DNA of 64,000 nt from Candidatus Borrarchaeum weybense (GTDB lineage Archaea; Asgardarchaeota; Sifarchaeia; Borrarchaeales; Borrarchaeaceae): assembly GCA_019057385.1 (NCBI GenBank), contig JAHQJS010000006.1, positions 741,038 to 805,037 on the forward strand, read 5' to 3'. Numbering within the stretch: the first letter of the stretch is position 1; every line of letters begins with the position of its first letter. The notes under the pieces are model-generated. The model worked only from the letters and a program-made list of their open reading frames with translations. It was not told the origin of the DNA and searched no databases. The translations under genes and the position numbers were made by a program. This document shows, piece after piece, positions 1-10,357 of this stretch.

Positions 1-388
1 ATTTCTCACAAAATTCTTTGAGATCGTTCTTATAATCATTATCTTTTGGTTCAGGAATTACAACATAGGCATAATCTGCTCCTTGAAACAGTAAAACTAA
101 TGCTTGCTCTATACCATGTCCAAATGACGGCTCATAGTATGTTTCGACTTTTTTAGTATAACCTTTTACCTCGTAGCCATGTAACCAAAGCTCAGTGGTG
201 TGATCACGTTTTATTCTATGAAATCTGGCGATGTCGAACTCACGATAGAAAAATGATTTATCCCTCCCTTCGCTCGTTCGATAGGTCCAACCTTTCCAGT
301 TCCTTGCAAAACAATCATCCCTGTGTAAATTTGTTAAATAATCCCATAATTTATCGTGAATATTCTTTTCGATGAATTGCTCATCCAT
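1..388 (-). CDS. PD-(D/E)xK restriction-endonuclease-like protein (partial, runs off window)
   Basis: Hand translation from ATG at 388: MDEQFIEKNIHDKLW...EFDIARF...GYEVKG...GIEQALVLLFQGADYAYVVIP; D...ExK...Q pattern. Not in the ORF track. Confidence 0.65.
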   Translation of the reverse strand, partial: MDEQFIEKNIHDKLWDYLTNLHRDDCFARNWKGWTYRTSEGRDKSFFYREFDIARFHRIKRDHTTELWLHGYEVKGYTKKVETYYEPSFGHGIEQALVLLFQGADYAYVVIPEPKDNDYKNDLKEFCEK

Positions 389-404
389 TTGACTCACACT
401 TTTC

Positions 405-1358
405 CTAAAGTAAGTATGACAGTATTCCAACGAGAAATGGAATGACAGTAACAACCTTTACTAAAGGTTTAAAGGGATGCGAGGGTGTATACTCTAATCT
501 GTTTAACAGTGCTTGCGCATTTGCGATTCTATGTTGAAACAATGAATCATTTGGATTTCTTTCAGCCTCTAAATATAGCTTGTTGATTTCAAGTTTCTGT
601 GCGTAAATAAATTCTTTGAGCAACGATCTATATGAAATAAAATGGCGCAAGATTACAATTAGATAAACTACTGGAGTTATAAGGAAAAGTATTGCAATAA
701 CTCCCATATAAAAACGAGGAGATGTCACTTCTAATGATCTAAGCAGTAAAAGTATTAAACATGCACCTGCTGTCAACCATATACAAATGGAAAATATCAG
801 TGAGAGTTTCAAGGAACCCATTTTTGTAAAGCATTCCCATAATGTTTGAAAATCCCAGTTCAATTTTACTTTCTTTAATTCATATCGAACTTTTAATTCA
901 TTTTCGTCCATATGAAATACTACGTAATCGTCGACGTTTTCACCACTTTCTGACAAGTCCTTAAAAATTTGCTGGAGATAAGTCTCAGAATCGGTCAAAC
1001 GCACTGGTTTGGCTTCGCTGTAACCATAATATATGAGAAAAATTCCAACTGCAGCCAACGTCGATAATGCTACCGAATAAAAATACAATCTAGTCGATGG
1101 CGTGTTTAAATCTACTTCAAAAATTACTGATTTTCCTTCGGCAATTGTGGAATTGACCTCATTTATCAGCAATACAAAAAACAAAATTCCTAAAATAAAA
1201 AAAATAATGCCTGCCTTGATATAGCGTTTTGTTCTCTTCGATCTCGTCTCCAGATACGAAAGAAAATTCATATTTTCTAGTTCATTAACATCGATATCAG
1301 CATATATGTCCAAATAGTAGGGAAGTGGCTTCTGTAGTTCAAAAGAAGACATAAGCAT
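405..1358 (-). CDS. Multi-pass membrane protein (about 4-5 TM), unknown function
   Basis: Two pairs of hydrophobic helices plus a hydrophobic C-terminus; co-oriented with the TIR gene. Confidence 0.7.
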   Translation of the reverse strand: MLMSSFELQKPLPYYLDIYADIDVNELENMNFLSYLETRSKRTKRYIKAGIIFFILGILFFVLLINEVNSTIAEGKSVIFEVDLNTPSTRLYFYSVALSTLAAVGIFLIYYGYSEAKPVRLTDSETYLQQIFKDLSESGENVDDYVVFHMDENELKVRYELKKVKLNWDFQTLWECFTKMGSLKLSLIFSICIWLTAGACLILLLLRSLEVTSPRFYMGVIAILFLITPVVYLIVILRHFISYRSLLKEFIYAQKLEINKLYLEAERNPNDSLFQHRIANAQALLNRLEYTPSHPFKPLVKVVTVIPFLVGILSYLL

Positions 1359-1392
1359 CCTCCTTGCAAATACTTAGTTTTTATATTATAAG

Positions 1393-1875
1393 CTATTTAC
1401 CTGCCCGTTTAGCTTCTTTCTCTACCCAGTTACCAAAGTTAGTGTAGCCATCGTCAGACACCCAATCATATGTAGGGTATATTTCTGAAAGGTTCTTGCC
1501 ATCGCTCTTTCTTTTTAATTTGGTAAATGGATTTTTTCCTTTCTTATCAGTTTTCTTATTTTCGTTTTTGAGTTTGTGAATATAAACTCCTAAAAGACCG
1601 TTTCCTTTTTCAAAACTCTTTTTTATCTCATACTCGACCCATTCTCTTTCATATGTCTCTGTTCCTATCAATACAGCTGTAACAGACGTATTTCTTAATG
1701 CTTCGTCAATCAGTTTCATCAACGCTTTATCACCTTTCGTCTTAGCCTCCTCCCAGAGGGATGCGTCCCAAAAACCAGCGTCTTCCCTATCCTTAGTTAC
1801 CCAGCTATTTCTGACTCGATTCGCACGCCATATGTCTCTATCGTAGTGAAAGCTGAAAAATACTCTTCTTATCAC
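1393..1875 (-). CDS. MTH538/DUF1863 TIR-domain protein (Thoeris ThsB-like)
   Basis: RRVFFSFHY..DIWRAN.VRNSW, TSVTAVLIG.ET..R.WV.YEI (catalytic Glu), GNGLLG, YDW..DDGY.NF..WVE. Confidence 0.9.
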   Translation of the reverse strand: MIRRVFFSFHYDRDIWRANRVRNSWVTKDREDAGFWDASLWEEAKTKGDKALMKLIDEALRNTSVTAVLIGTETYEREWVEYEIKKSFEKGNGLLGVYIHKLKNENKKTDKKGKNPFTKLKRKSDGKNLSEIYPTYDWVSDDGYTNFGNWVEKEAKRAGK

Positions 1876-1894
1876 TTTAACACCTCCCTTCCTT

Positions 1895-2332
1895 CTATAC
1901 TAAGATTAGAATACTGAAGTATAATCCTAATACTATCAAAATCACTGTTATTATACCATAGAAACAGCCTAGAGTTATAGAACGCATAATTCTAAGTTGT
2001 GACTGGACTTCATCTTTAAATCTGTAAGCATTCATGTCAAATAAATATTCGTCTGTCTTCAGCCTATTTTTGATAACCCATTCATACAACTTTCTATACA
2101 TTCGTTCCTGCCTTAAGTAGTATGCATCTAAAAACCAAAAAAGAAACAAAGGAATGAATGCAATCAAAACTTGATACAGAGTCCCTTCAAGCAGTAAAAT
2201 CGCAACAACTAAAGTTATAGCCCATCCTTTTATTAAAAATGAATTAAAACCCATTCGCTTTATGATGTCTTGGATTATTTCGGCTTCCTTTAGCATACAT
2301 TCTAGTCTATCTTTAGGCTCCATACTCATCAT
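1895..2332 (-). CDS. 3-TM membrane protein of the family often found next to DUF1863 TIR genes (putative effector)
   Basis: IQDIIKRMGFNSFLIKGWAITLV...LDAYYLRQERMYRKLY motif; 19 bp upstream of the TIR gene. Confidence 0.7.
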   Translation of the reverse strand: MMSMEPKDRLECMLKEAEIIQDIIKRMGFNSFLIKGWAITLVVAILLLEGTLYQVLIAFIPLFLFWFLDAYYLRQERMYRKLYEWVIKNRLKTDEYLFDMNAYRFKDEVQSQLRIMRSITLGCFYGIITVILIVLGLYFSILILV

Positions 2333-2530
2333 CTTTTCATGACAAGGAAAGCATCCCTGTAAAATATCACTTTGTTTTCCTGATTATAATAAATGAAAAA
2401 ATATAAACCTTCTGTTACGAAAACGTATAGCCCGATCTCGCCAAAATTAATACACTAAAGAAATTTTTTATAATTATAGGACGATAAAAAATATAGTTTT
2501 ATCGGTTAAAAATTTATCGTGTCTATGATA

Positions 2531-3013
2531 TCAGCAATCTGAGATCATAAGATCTTCACCAACAACGAGACCAAAAAGAATAGCGACACCAATTAACAGC
2601 ACCCATAAGAATTCAGGATAATCGATTAGCACGAAAAGTTTCACTGGGAGAAACAATAAAACCCTAAAGATAAAAGAACGAACAAGTCGCGCCACCCTAT
2701 CCCAAAACCCTACATCTATGCAAGGATGGAACTTACGGAACTTAGGATCACGCAAAAAAGCATATTCAATTCTATCTATAGAAAATATGGTGAGTTCTCG
2801 ATAAAAAATGCCAAAAAGTGCGAAAACAAGAGCAAAGAAGTGTAACCCTAGACATTTGGAAGTGGTCAAAATCACAATGGAAGCTGATGATGCGACAGTA
2901 GCTATGACGAGTGTTGAGTTCTCCCGTGTCTGCGCTTTATCTCTTATGGTCTCATACTTAATTTTATCCTCATTGTTTTTAGACATCTGAATCCAAATTG
3001 GAATTATGTTCAC
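2531..3013 (-). CDS. Small multi-pass membrane protein
   Basis: About 4 hydrophobic segments; no recognised motif. Confidence 0.6.
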   Translation of the reverse strand: MNIIPIWIQMSKNNEDKIKYETIRDKAQTRENSTLVIATVASSASIVILTTSKCLGLHFFALVFALFGIFYRELTIFSIDRIEYAFLRDPKFRKFHPCIDVGFWDRVARLVRSFIFRVLLFLPVKLFVLIDYPEFLWVLLIGVAILFGLVVGEDLMISDC

Positions 3014-3110
3014 CTTAGATATTTAAATCTGAATAAAAAATGTTCTTCAAATGATCACAGCACAAATTGGATTTTTTGTGCAGGATAGGTGAAATTATCA
3101 GCTTAAACTA

Positions 3111-3833
3111 TCAGGAAGTGATTTTTTCTAACCAATCAATTCGATTCTCTATTTCACTAATCTGTTGTTCAATTTTATTGATTGTTTTTTCTCCAAATCT
3201 TTTCAATTCTTCTATTTTAGCTTTTAAAGCTTGAAGAACCTCTTGATGTTGCGTTTTATGATCTAATTTATTATTTAATAATCTGAAAAACTCGTTTATA
3301 GCTTCAGAGCCATCTTCTCGGTCAAATTTGTCCCTTAGTCTTTTATGAATCATGATCTCTTTTTCCTCAAGCCAACTTTTTCTAACTTCTTTCCCTTCAA
3401 GAATCGGATGCGTCAAAACACGAGAAAAATCCTCCCACATTTCTGGATAATTAACAAATGTTTGAGGGAGATGCTGAGCTATTGAATACCAAATTGCGAG
3501 TCTTATGGTTTGTTTTCCTGCATACCACCAAACTCTACATTCCCATAGTTTATCACTAAAATCCTCTAAGTCGTTTCTTATTTCAGGCGAAATTGAATCA
3601 GGAAAATTTGACCATGTGTTACCATGAAATGTGAAATCTAACGTTTGTTCAATTTCGACCTCAATTCTCCTTTTCACGTTTTTGTAGTCTTCACGAAGCT
3701 CCGACTTTATTGCCTTTTCTAAATTACGTTTCTCTTCCTGTCCTTGAAGATATGGTCTAATGACATAATACCATAATCCAGTTCCAAAAGTCCCCAATGT
3801 TCCAAATGCAATGATTACGTAATACCATTCCAT
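3111..3833 (-). CDS. N-terminal single-TM helical protein
   Basis: Hydrophobic residues 3-25, then a charged helical domain. Confidence 0.7.
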   Translation of the reverse strand: MEWYYVIIAFGTLGTFGTGLWYYVIRPYLQGQEEKRNLEKAIKSELREDYKNVKRRIEVEIEQTLDFTFHGNTWSNFPDSISPEIRNDLEDFSDKLWECRVWWYAGKQTIRLAIWYSIAQHLPQTFVNYPEMWEDFSRVLTHPILEGKEVRKSWLEEKEIMIHKRLRDKFDREDGSEAINEFFRLLNNKLDHKTQHQEVLQALKAKIEELKRFGEKTINKIEQQISEIENRIDWLEKITS

Positions 3834-3839
3834 CCCGCT

Positions 3840-4517
3840 TCACCTATTTTCTTTATCCTTTTTAGCTTGTTCGAGTTGCTCTAATAACTGTTTATTTTCC
3901 TCTTCAATATCTTTGGGTGTGTAAGTTATTACTTTTATCTTTCGAAATCCAGAAGCAATTTTAGAGAGAGAATCTTGTAGCTTTTCAAGATTCTTAACAA
4001 TTTTGTACATAGGTGGCTCCCCAACTTGAGATAATCCGACTAATTCTGAAAAATCAATAGAATATGTTTCTTTAAAGTTCTTACCTATACTATTCTCGTA
4101 AATAACTTCAAATTCAAAGGGGCGGTCAATTTTCTCTTCAAACTTTTCAACCATACTTGTTAAAAAGAATCGTAGTCCTTGGTTAGGTGCTAGGTATGCC
4201 AAACCTTTTTTCATAAATCCTAAATCTGAGAGAAATTTACCGTCTCTATATTCAAAATCAGGATCAATCTTAAATTTTATATTATAGGCTGTATCAAATC
4301 CGATGTTTTGGATGATCATATCTACAAAATTGATCCATTCCTCTCTCGGTTGAGCAATTATGGAGATTTTTGGCTCTGTTTGAACCTCTCTCATTCTTTT
4401 GGTTTCTGAAACCAGTCTCCACGTCAAAAGAGCATACACTACTGTTGCAATAGCAACTATAGCAGAAAATATAATAACAAATGCTCCACTATTTTGGTTT
4501 AAAAACTCTAAACTCAT
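3840..4517 (-). CDS. N-terminal single-TM protein with beta-sandwich-like domain
   Basis: TM ...ATVVYALLTWRLVSETKRMR..QTEP.I..., IQNIG..TAYNI, YLAPNQ. Confidence 0.7.
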   Translation of the reverse strand: MSLEFLNQNSGAFVIIFSAIVAIATVVYALLTWRLVSETKRMREVQTEPKISIIAQPREEWINFVDMIIQNIGFDTAYNIKFKIDPDFEYRDGKFLSDLGFMKKGLAYLAPNQGLRFFLTSMVEKFEEKIDRPFEFEVIYENSIGKNFKETYSIDFSELVGLSQVGEPPMYKIVKNLEKLQDSLSKIASGFRKIKVITYTPKDIEEENKQLLEQLEQAKKDKENR

Positions 4518-4538
4518 CGTTTTCGCCTTAGATCTTTA

Positions 4539-5051
4539 TTATAAAAGAACTGGGCTTCTTAGTCGTTCTCTAACAAATTGCTCGACTTCTTTAAGCAGTT
4601 CTTCATATCTATCTTTATTCTCCTGATTTTCTTCTACAACATTCCTTGCAAACTCTTCATCTACAGAATGTAGATATTCTTCTTTACCAAATAAATATTC
4701 TTTAAAGACCTTAAACAGCCTTTTTAATTCCTCGAAATGATATCTTTCTATAATTACCCGTTCCTGATTAACCATACGCTCTGAATCTTTAAGTTGGTCA
4801 GCAAATGTCTTCAAATTGGACACATTCGGTTCTTCCCATAAAGCATCAGCGGTATTTTTTAAAGTGTCTAAAGATTTCCATAAATCTCTATAAACTTCAA
4901 ATTGAGTCCTTTGCATTCGATCCGCAACTTGACTTCTGAGAACTCTTCGGCTTTTGTACCATTCTAATGTTATGTTAGTTAGCAGTGCAATGAATGAACC
5001 AAAAACTGAAGAAATTATTATTATAATTAATGTTGCATCTATTACCTCCAT
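4539..5051 (-). CDS. N-terminal single-TM helical protein
   Basis: TM residues 7-29 followed by a basic patch and helical domain. Confidence 0.7.
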   Translation of the reverse strand: MEVIDATLIIIIISSVFGSFIALLTNITLEWYKSRRVLRSQVADRMQRTQFEVYRDLWKSLDTLKNTADALWEEPNVSNLKTFADQLKDSERMVNQERVIIERYHFEELKRLFKVFKEYLFGKEEYLHSVDEEFARNVVEENQENKDRYEELLKEVEQFVRERLRSPVLL

Positions 5052-5121
5052 CTTTGTCCCTCCGTACTGTAGATTAAATCAAAAAATCTAAATAATGAAC
5101 TATTCTCTTGTTTTTATAATA

Positions 5122-5904
5122 TTAAAGTTTGGCTCCGTAAGGTTTCTTTATTCGTTCTTTGAGCATGTTTCTTAGTCTATTCAATTCGTGCAGTATTTGT
5201 TCTCTAAACCTTTCGAATTCAAGAATCTCAGGAAGAGAGGCTACTTCCTCTTTCAATGCTTGGAGTTCTCTAAGATACTCTTCCTCTGATAATGAATATA
5301 TTAAGCGATGTTCTAATTCTTGCCTAATATATCCTTCTGACTCGATCCTATTCAAGAAAATAAATTTGGAAATATGATTCCTTATAAGCTCTGTTAATGT
5401 GTTCTTTGCATCTTCGATATTTATGTTAAATTTGTTTCTATTTAGTTCACGTGTTGGTTCATTTGTGAATGTATGCCCATTTGCTTCTACTTTTACTTTT
5501 ATTTTCCTTTCAAACCATATGTCCGTAATTTTTCTGGTCGCATTCTGAAATTTATCGTTATGTGTTGAACAGTCGCTAAGATATAATTGATTCAGTTTAT
5601 TCCTAAGTACATCCTCAATGAAGAGGTCTCTATAATCGTTACGAATAGTATTCCACTGCGTATTTCCGATGCTATGAGGAAGTAAATCATATTTTTCTAC
5701 AAGAGCGAAATAAGAATGCATTTCCTTGTAAAGAGGCACAAATATCTCCTCAACATTCTTTAGAATGTATTCTCTCTTCCAAGCTCGATTCTGCCCCCAT
5801 CTTTGCACTAAATAAGTGCCAATGAAACCGAGAGCTGCACCGATAACTAAAAAGACAAGAGCACTAACAATGGAGGTATCTGGAGTGGCTTGCATTTCAA
5901 TCAC
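5122..5904 (-). CDS. N-terminal single-TM helical protein
   Basis: TM ...VIGAALGFIGTYLVQ, then IFVPLYKEM. Confidence 0.7.
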   Translation of the reverse strand: MIEMQATPDTSIVSALVFLVIGAALGFIGTYLVQRWGQNRAWKREYILKNVEEIFVPLYKEMHSYFALVEKYDLLPHSIGNTQWNTIRNDYRDLFIEDVLRNKLNQLYLSDCSTHNDKFQNATRKITDIWFERKIKVKVEANGHTFTNEPTRELNRNKFNINIEDAKNTLTELIRNHISKFIFLNRIESEGYIRQELEHRLIYSLSEEEYLRELQALKEEVASLPEILEFERFREQILHELNRLRNMLKERIKKPYGAKL

Positions 5905-5999
5905 AACGAAAAAAATATCATTAATGCGCGGTAGATTTCATATGCATTTTTGTACGTTTTGGATAAATTTTGGTACTATTTCAACATTAATTTATACAC

Positions 6000-6353
6000 C
6001 TATATATTATCTTCATCATCGAACTCAAATTCGCATTCACATTCGTGTTCATCTTCATCTTCGTATTCATCCTCATAATCTGTCCAATCAATATCATCTT
6101 TGTTTGTGTTTAATTTTTTGGCAACAGCTTCTTCGAGGTCATTTTCGGTAACGCATATCATTACTGTCTCTTGTGTACCTGCCTGAACTCCAATACCTCC
6201 GAAGGATACGCCTCCTGATTTTCCCTGTGTCCCTGGGAAGCATACCATTTTTGTCTGCTTTTCTTCCTCATCATTCAAATCAACGCACTCTATTTCGACT
6301 TTCTCATCAACTTTCTGTTTTTTACACGCATATTTCTTTTCTTTTTTACCCAT
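6000..6353 (-). CDS. Small acidic Cys-containing hypothetical protein
   Basis: ORF preceded by AGGAGGTGA RBS; acidic tail. Confidence 0.65.
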   Translation of the reverse strand: MGKKEKKYACKKQKVDEKVEIECVDLNDEEEKQTKMVCFPGTQGKSGGVSFGGIGVQAGTQETVMICVTENDLEEAVAKKLNTNKDDIDWTDYEDEYEDEDEHECECEFEFDDEDNI

Positions 6354-6941
6354 ACACTCACCTCCTAACCAGTTATTGACCAGAAAAGGTTAATATTGAA
6401 CATCTGAAAAGGTAAGTTAACACAAGAACAAGTATGATGGCTAAAATTAACTTTACACTATTCCCTTCCGCATAATGATTTGACTTCATTCATTTTATTT
6501 TATTCTTCTTGTCTATTGGTCTTTTTTCTAATGAAATACGTATGTAATTGCATCTTCCATGAAGATAAGACTTCTAAAAATATAAATCTTCCGCATTAAA
6601 AACATACAAAGGGTTAGTCACTACAAGAGAGACGTCGTACAGAAAAAAGTGGTTAGATTTCGACAAAATTAATTAGGTATTTATTAAAAACAACAAAACA
6701 CCAAAGTTCTATCAGTAAAATTCAGAGTGAAGAATGATACTGATAGCCTTTTCCACCAACAAAATGACAATGATGTTTTTCATGCCTCAAAAATCGTTTA
6801 ATGACCTATACTGGTGCCAGAAACTGCTATTTCACGATCATACTGGACATGAAAATAAGTTTAATCCTTGGATAGATACTGTCCCAAAATGACAATAAAT
6901 GAAAAATAGAGGGAATTTAAGTCACCAAAAAATCCCTGTTT

Positions 6942-7208
6942 TTAGAGATTGAAAAATCTGTGTAGTGCTCGTATTATTTTCTGTTTCAGTTCTCTTTCTT
7001 CTTCTTTTTCTTCATGGACTATCCCTGTTTGTAGAAAGATTTTAATTGCATCTTTTATCCTAACTACCTGACTTGGCTTCCTTTTTATCTCAATTGCGAT
7101 TTGATCATCTGGAGTTTCTTTACTGAGTAATTCCAAGATCAGATCTAACTCTTCGTCAGTGTAAGGCTTGTGTGCTTTTTCACTCATTGATTTATCCCTC
7201 CCTTTCAA
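6942..7208 (-). CDS. Small HTH/Myb-like DNA-binding protein (putative)
   Basis: PYTDEELDLILELL...QIAIEIKRKPSQVVRIK. Confidence 0.5.
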   Translation of the reverse strand: MKGRDKSMSEKAHKPYTDEELDLILELLSKETPDDQIAIEIKRKPSQVVRIKDAIKIFLQTGIVHEEKEEERELKQKIIRALHRFFNL

Positions 7209-7290
7209 AATATTGAGTACAAAACTTTTCGGTAATATCTTTTAGTTCTTTGCTATAAAAAGTTTACAAAGAAAAAAGTAAAAGAGGAAG

Positions 7291-8289
7291 TTATTCGAGT
7301 TTTTTGTATCCAAGTTTGGCAATCCCCACCACAATGATCACCGCTGTAACCATAACTGTTCCCAGACACATTCCTCCAACAACTCCTCCAGACTCAATTG
7401 TAACTGTTGTCGATGTTCCACCGCTTCCTGCGTTTGTTGAATCGAATTCGACATATAACTTCACTGAATCCTCAGACGTGCCAAAGGGCAGATCCTCTGC
7501 ACCCATGTTGAATGTGGCTATTTCTGTTGTTCCTGCCTTTATTGTTCCGATGTAGTCTGTATCCCCTCCACTGCTCAACATGGACTCGTCATATGATATT
7601 TCTACGCTCACACCAGTCGCATCTATGGCACCAACATTCTCTAATGTAACCTGTAGTTTGAAATCCTCATTTTCACTTACCCTGTTTGGACAGTCCACCT
7701 CTACTATCTTGACCTTTGCGTATTCTTCAGTTGGAGGTGGAGTCTCCTCTGGCGGTGGTGTTGTCTCATCAGGAGTCTCGTCGGGCGTCTCGTCAGGTGG
7801 TGGCGACGGTGATGTTGTTTCCTCACCTGGAATCTTAACAGTTCCATATGATTGCCAGCCAGTGGCTGATTCTGGGTCGGTAGCTAAGGGCACATCCTCC
7901 TTAAATGATGCACTGTAATAGACTGTGCCTGTTTGTCCTTCATCCACGTCAGATGAATACACATAAATTCCAAAGGTGTATGATATGCTTTCTCCTGCTG
8001 AATCGATCGTCCAATAGCCTGCTGTGTCCTCGTAAGTCTTATCAGGAAACTTCACTCTTGCACCAAGCTCAATATCGTGAACATCCCTCACATCCTCACC
8101 AAATGAATTGACTTTGAACTGCACTTTTACATCATTGTTTGAATCCAGCGACCATTCGCTATCGAAAGACATGGTGATTGTTGTCTGCGTTCCTTTATTT
8201 GTTTCCCAGTTGTCAGCTATGACTGTGCCTGTAAGTAGTAATAAGCCCAATAAAACCATCATTGAGAGTGTTGTTATTTTCCTCCCCAT
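7291..8289 (-). CDS. Secreted cell-surface protein: signal peptide, Pro/Thr/Glu linker, CARDB-like domain, C-terminal TM anchor
   Basis: Signal peptide; PPDETPDETPDETTPPPEETPPP linker; VTLENVG..DATGV; GGMCLGT-TM-KKLE tail. Confidence 0.8.
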   Translation of the reverse strand: MGRKITTLSMMVLLGLLLLTGTVIADNWETNKGTQTTITMSFDSEWSLDSNNDVKVQFKVNSFGEDVRDVHDIELGARVKFPDKTYEDTAGYWTIDSAGESISYTFGIYVYSSDVDEGQTGTVYYSASFKEDVPLATDPESATGWQSYGTVKIPGEETTSPSPPPDETPDETPDETTPPPEETPPPTEEYAKVKIVEVDCPNRVSENEDFKLQVTLENVGAIDATGVSVEISYDESMLSSGGDTDYIGTIKAGTTEIATFNMGAEDLPFGTSEDSVKLYVEFDSTNAGSGGTSTTVTIESGGVVGGMCLGTVMVTAVIIVVGIAKLGYKKLE

Positions 8290-8912
8290 TGTATCACCTC
8301 CCCATCTATCGTTTCTTTCTATTTGTAAAAGGTAAAACCTACTATAAAAGTCCTAAAGCCCCATTATATAACTACTACCTTAAAAATATTACTTCAATAA
8401 GTTCGAAACACCACAGCAAAAACAGAGAGCTGGATTCAATTCAACATAGAAGTTGGGAGCTGGAATAAGTGGAAGAAACAGCTGGAGAGCTGCAAACAGA
8501 CAGTTTCAGCCATATGAATGTATTTTTGGAAGAATATATGAATGATCGTAGATTGAATTTTTCTACTACCGTAAACGTAACCCATCACAAAAAATGATGT
8601 GAAAAATCCAGGGTTAGTCTATTCAACTATCACATGGACATTCGTGTTTTGGACGACTTTTACTTCGTTTAATGACGATTCTGTTGTGATCTATATAATT
8701 AAAAAGAGGAAAAACCAGATTAAAACTTTAGAAAAATAGAAGGAGGTGTGATTTTGATGCTTCTATCCATAACATGTCATATTGTTCAATTAGTAGTCAC
8801 ATATGGCATTATCATTGCATTTAAGGTTTAGTTTGTTTGCAGTCCTTGAGCGACAACGGAATCCATGATTTTCGCCTATAAGGTGATCCTTATACAAGGT
8901 TATTGAGAAATA

Positions 8913-9389
8913 TTAGATTTTTAATTTCTTTTTAATTTTAGCCGTTATTTCATTACCTAAATCCCGTATATCTACCTGCAATTCTTCTAGTATTTGACTT
9001 TGGACACCAAGAAGAATGCCACCTTCACTTAATGATTGTTCTTTTTTACGCATATCCAGTGTCATTTCAAACTCGCGTACCTTAAGAAAAAATTCGTCTA
9101 TTCGTTGATACAAGGCTGGGTCGTCCAACTCTAATAGTGCTCCGACTACTGCGTCGCTTTTTTCTATCCATTGTTTTGCGGTGATTTTTCCCAGTACTTT
9201 TTCGCGTGCCACTGCATATATTTCGTTTAATAGTGGTTCATATACTCGTTCTGAAAGATATCGACGTCGTTTATCACGCTGTCCTAAAAGAAATTGAATA
9301 ACATTAACAGATCCGCTAATGCCAGCTATAACTAATGAAAATATCGTAATCCACAGCCCAAGAGGAATCCCATTATTTGCTTGAAACAT
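8913..9389 (-). CDS. N-terminal single-TM helical protein
   Basis: TM then RRRYLSERVYEPLLNEI, resembling the 5122-5904 protein. Confidence 0.65.
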   Translation of the reverse strand: MFQANNGIPLGLWITIFSLVIAGISGSVNVIQFLLGQRDKRRRYLSERVYEPLLNEIYAVAREKVLGKITAKQWIEKSDAVVGALLELDDPALYQRIDEFFLKVREFEMTLDMRKKEQSLSEGGILLGVQSQILEELQVDIRDLGNEITAKIKKKLKI

Positions 9390-9494
9390 GCTTCATTATT
9401 AAAGCTACAACAACTTAACCTTTCCGTTTGCCAAATCTTGACAAAATCTTTTTTATTCCTTAGTAACATTTAGTGAAATTCAGGAGGGATAAAA

Positions 9495-9725
9495 ATGGTA
9501 AAAGCAGTAGAGATTTTCAAATGCCCTGAATGTCAGAATGAGGACAATGAACAATTTCTTTTTACAGTGGACAAAGAAGGACAACTAAACATATTGTGCC
9601 GCAATTGTAACTGGAAAAAAGGATTTAGACCTATAATAGATTGTTCTAATTGCGGTAGAGAGGTATCCCAGCTCGCCTACAAGTTTTGTCCTTGATGTGG
9701 CTCACAATTACCAGATGAAAGGTAA
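9495..9725 (+). pseudogene. Double zinc-ribbon protein with in-frame TGA in its last CxxC
   Basis: CPEC, CRNC, CSNC, then CP*CGSQLPDER*; TGA at 9693-9695; GGAGG RBS. Confidence 0.55.
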
Positions 9726-10075
9726 TTTATGAAGAGGTATTCACCTAGAATAAAATCTAGTTTATTTAATCTATTATAGAATGCCGAAAATTAGAGTTTA
9801 AAGCTTAAGACTAAAATATCTTTAAAGTTTATCCTACCTAAGTGAAAAGGATGGATTTCACGAGGCGTGCTAAACGGGGCGGATTGATTTCAGCCTCATT
9901 TTTTATTTACTTGAAGATAAGTGGCAAATAAAGTGACCTTTGATGCAACCGAAAGAATATCATTTGAACCGTTTCGCAACTACGTCCATTGTTTGTTTTT
10001 GCTAGTATCACATTAAAGGGGGGATGCCCCCCTAAAAAAAGCTTTATTTGTTAAAAAAGCCAATTGTACAAATAG

Positions 10076-10357
10076 GTGAAAAAAATGGTAAAAATTAAGC
10101 CAATAGAAACATGGGTTGAGAATTATGTTGTTAGTACTATTCCAGGTATGTTGAAACAAACAAGATATTGGCTACAGAAAGGCTTTCCAATGGATCACGC
10201 AATAGAAAACGCAATAAAATATGGACGAGGGCAATTACACGCTGGAATCGGAACGACAGTAACTCCAGAACGGGCAGAAACGCTATTTAGAATGTTAGCA
10301 TCCATTGCTAATGCGATGGCTGATTATTGTAGCACTCTCAAGAATGAGAATATATAG
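10076..10357 (+). CDS. Hypothetical protein
   Basis: 93-aa ORF with AGGTGA RBS; upstream GGGGGGATGCCCCCC hairpin near 10018-10032. Confidence 0.6.
   Translation: MKKMVKIKPIETWVENYVVSTIPGMLKQTRYWLQKGFPMDHAIENAIKYGRGQLHAGIGTTVTPERAETLFRMLASIANAMADYCSTLKNENI

Noticed and set aside
2333-9430. Integron attC sites or dif-like sites between the island genes
   Set aside because: No conserved repeat found. The shared ATATAAACCTT-like motif is a minus-strand BRE/TATA promoter, and the recurring TAGAT is too short and lacks dif spacing.
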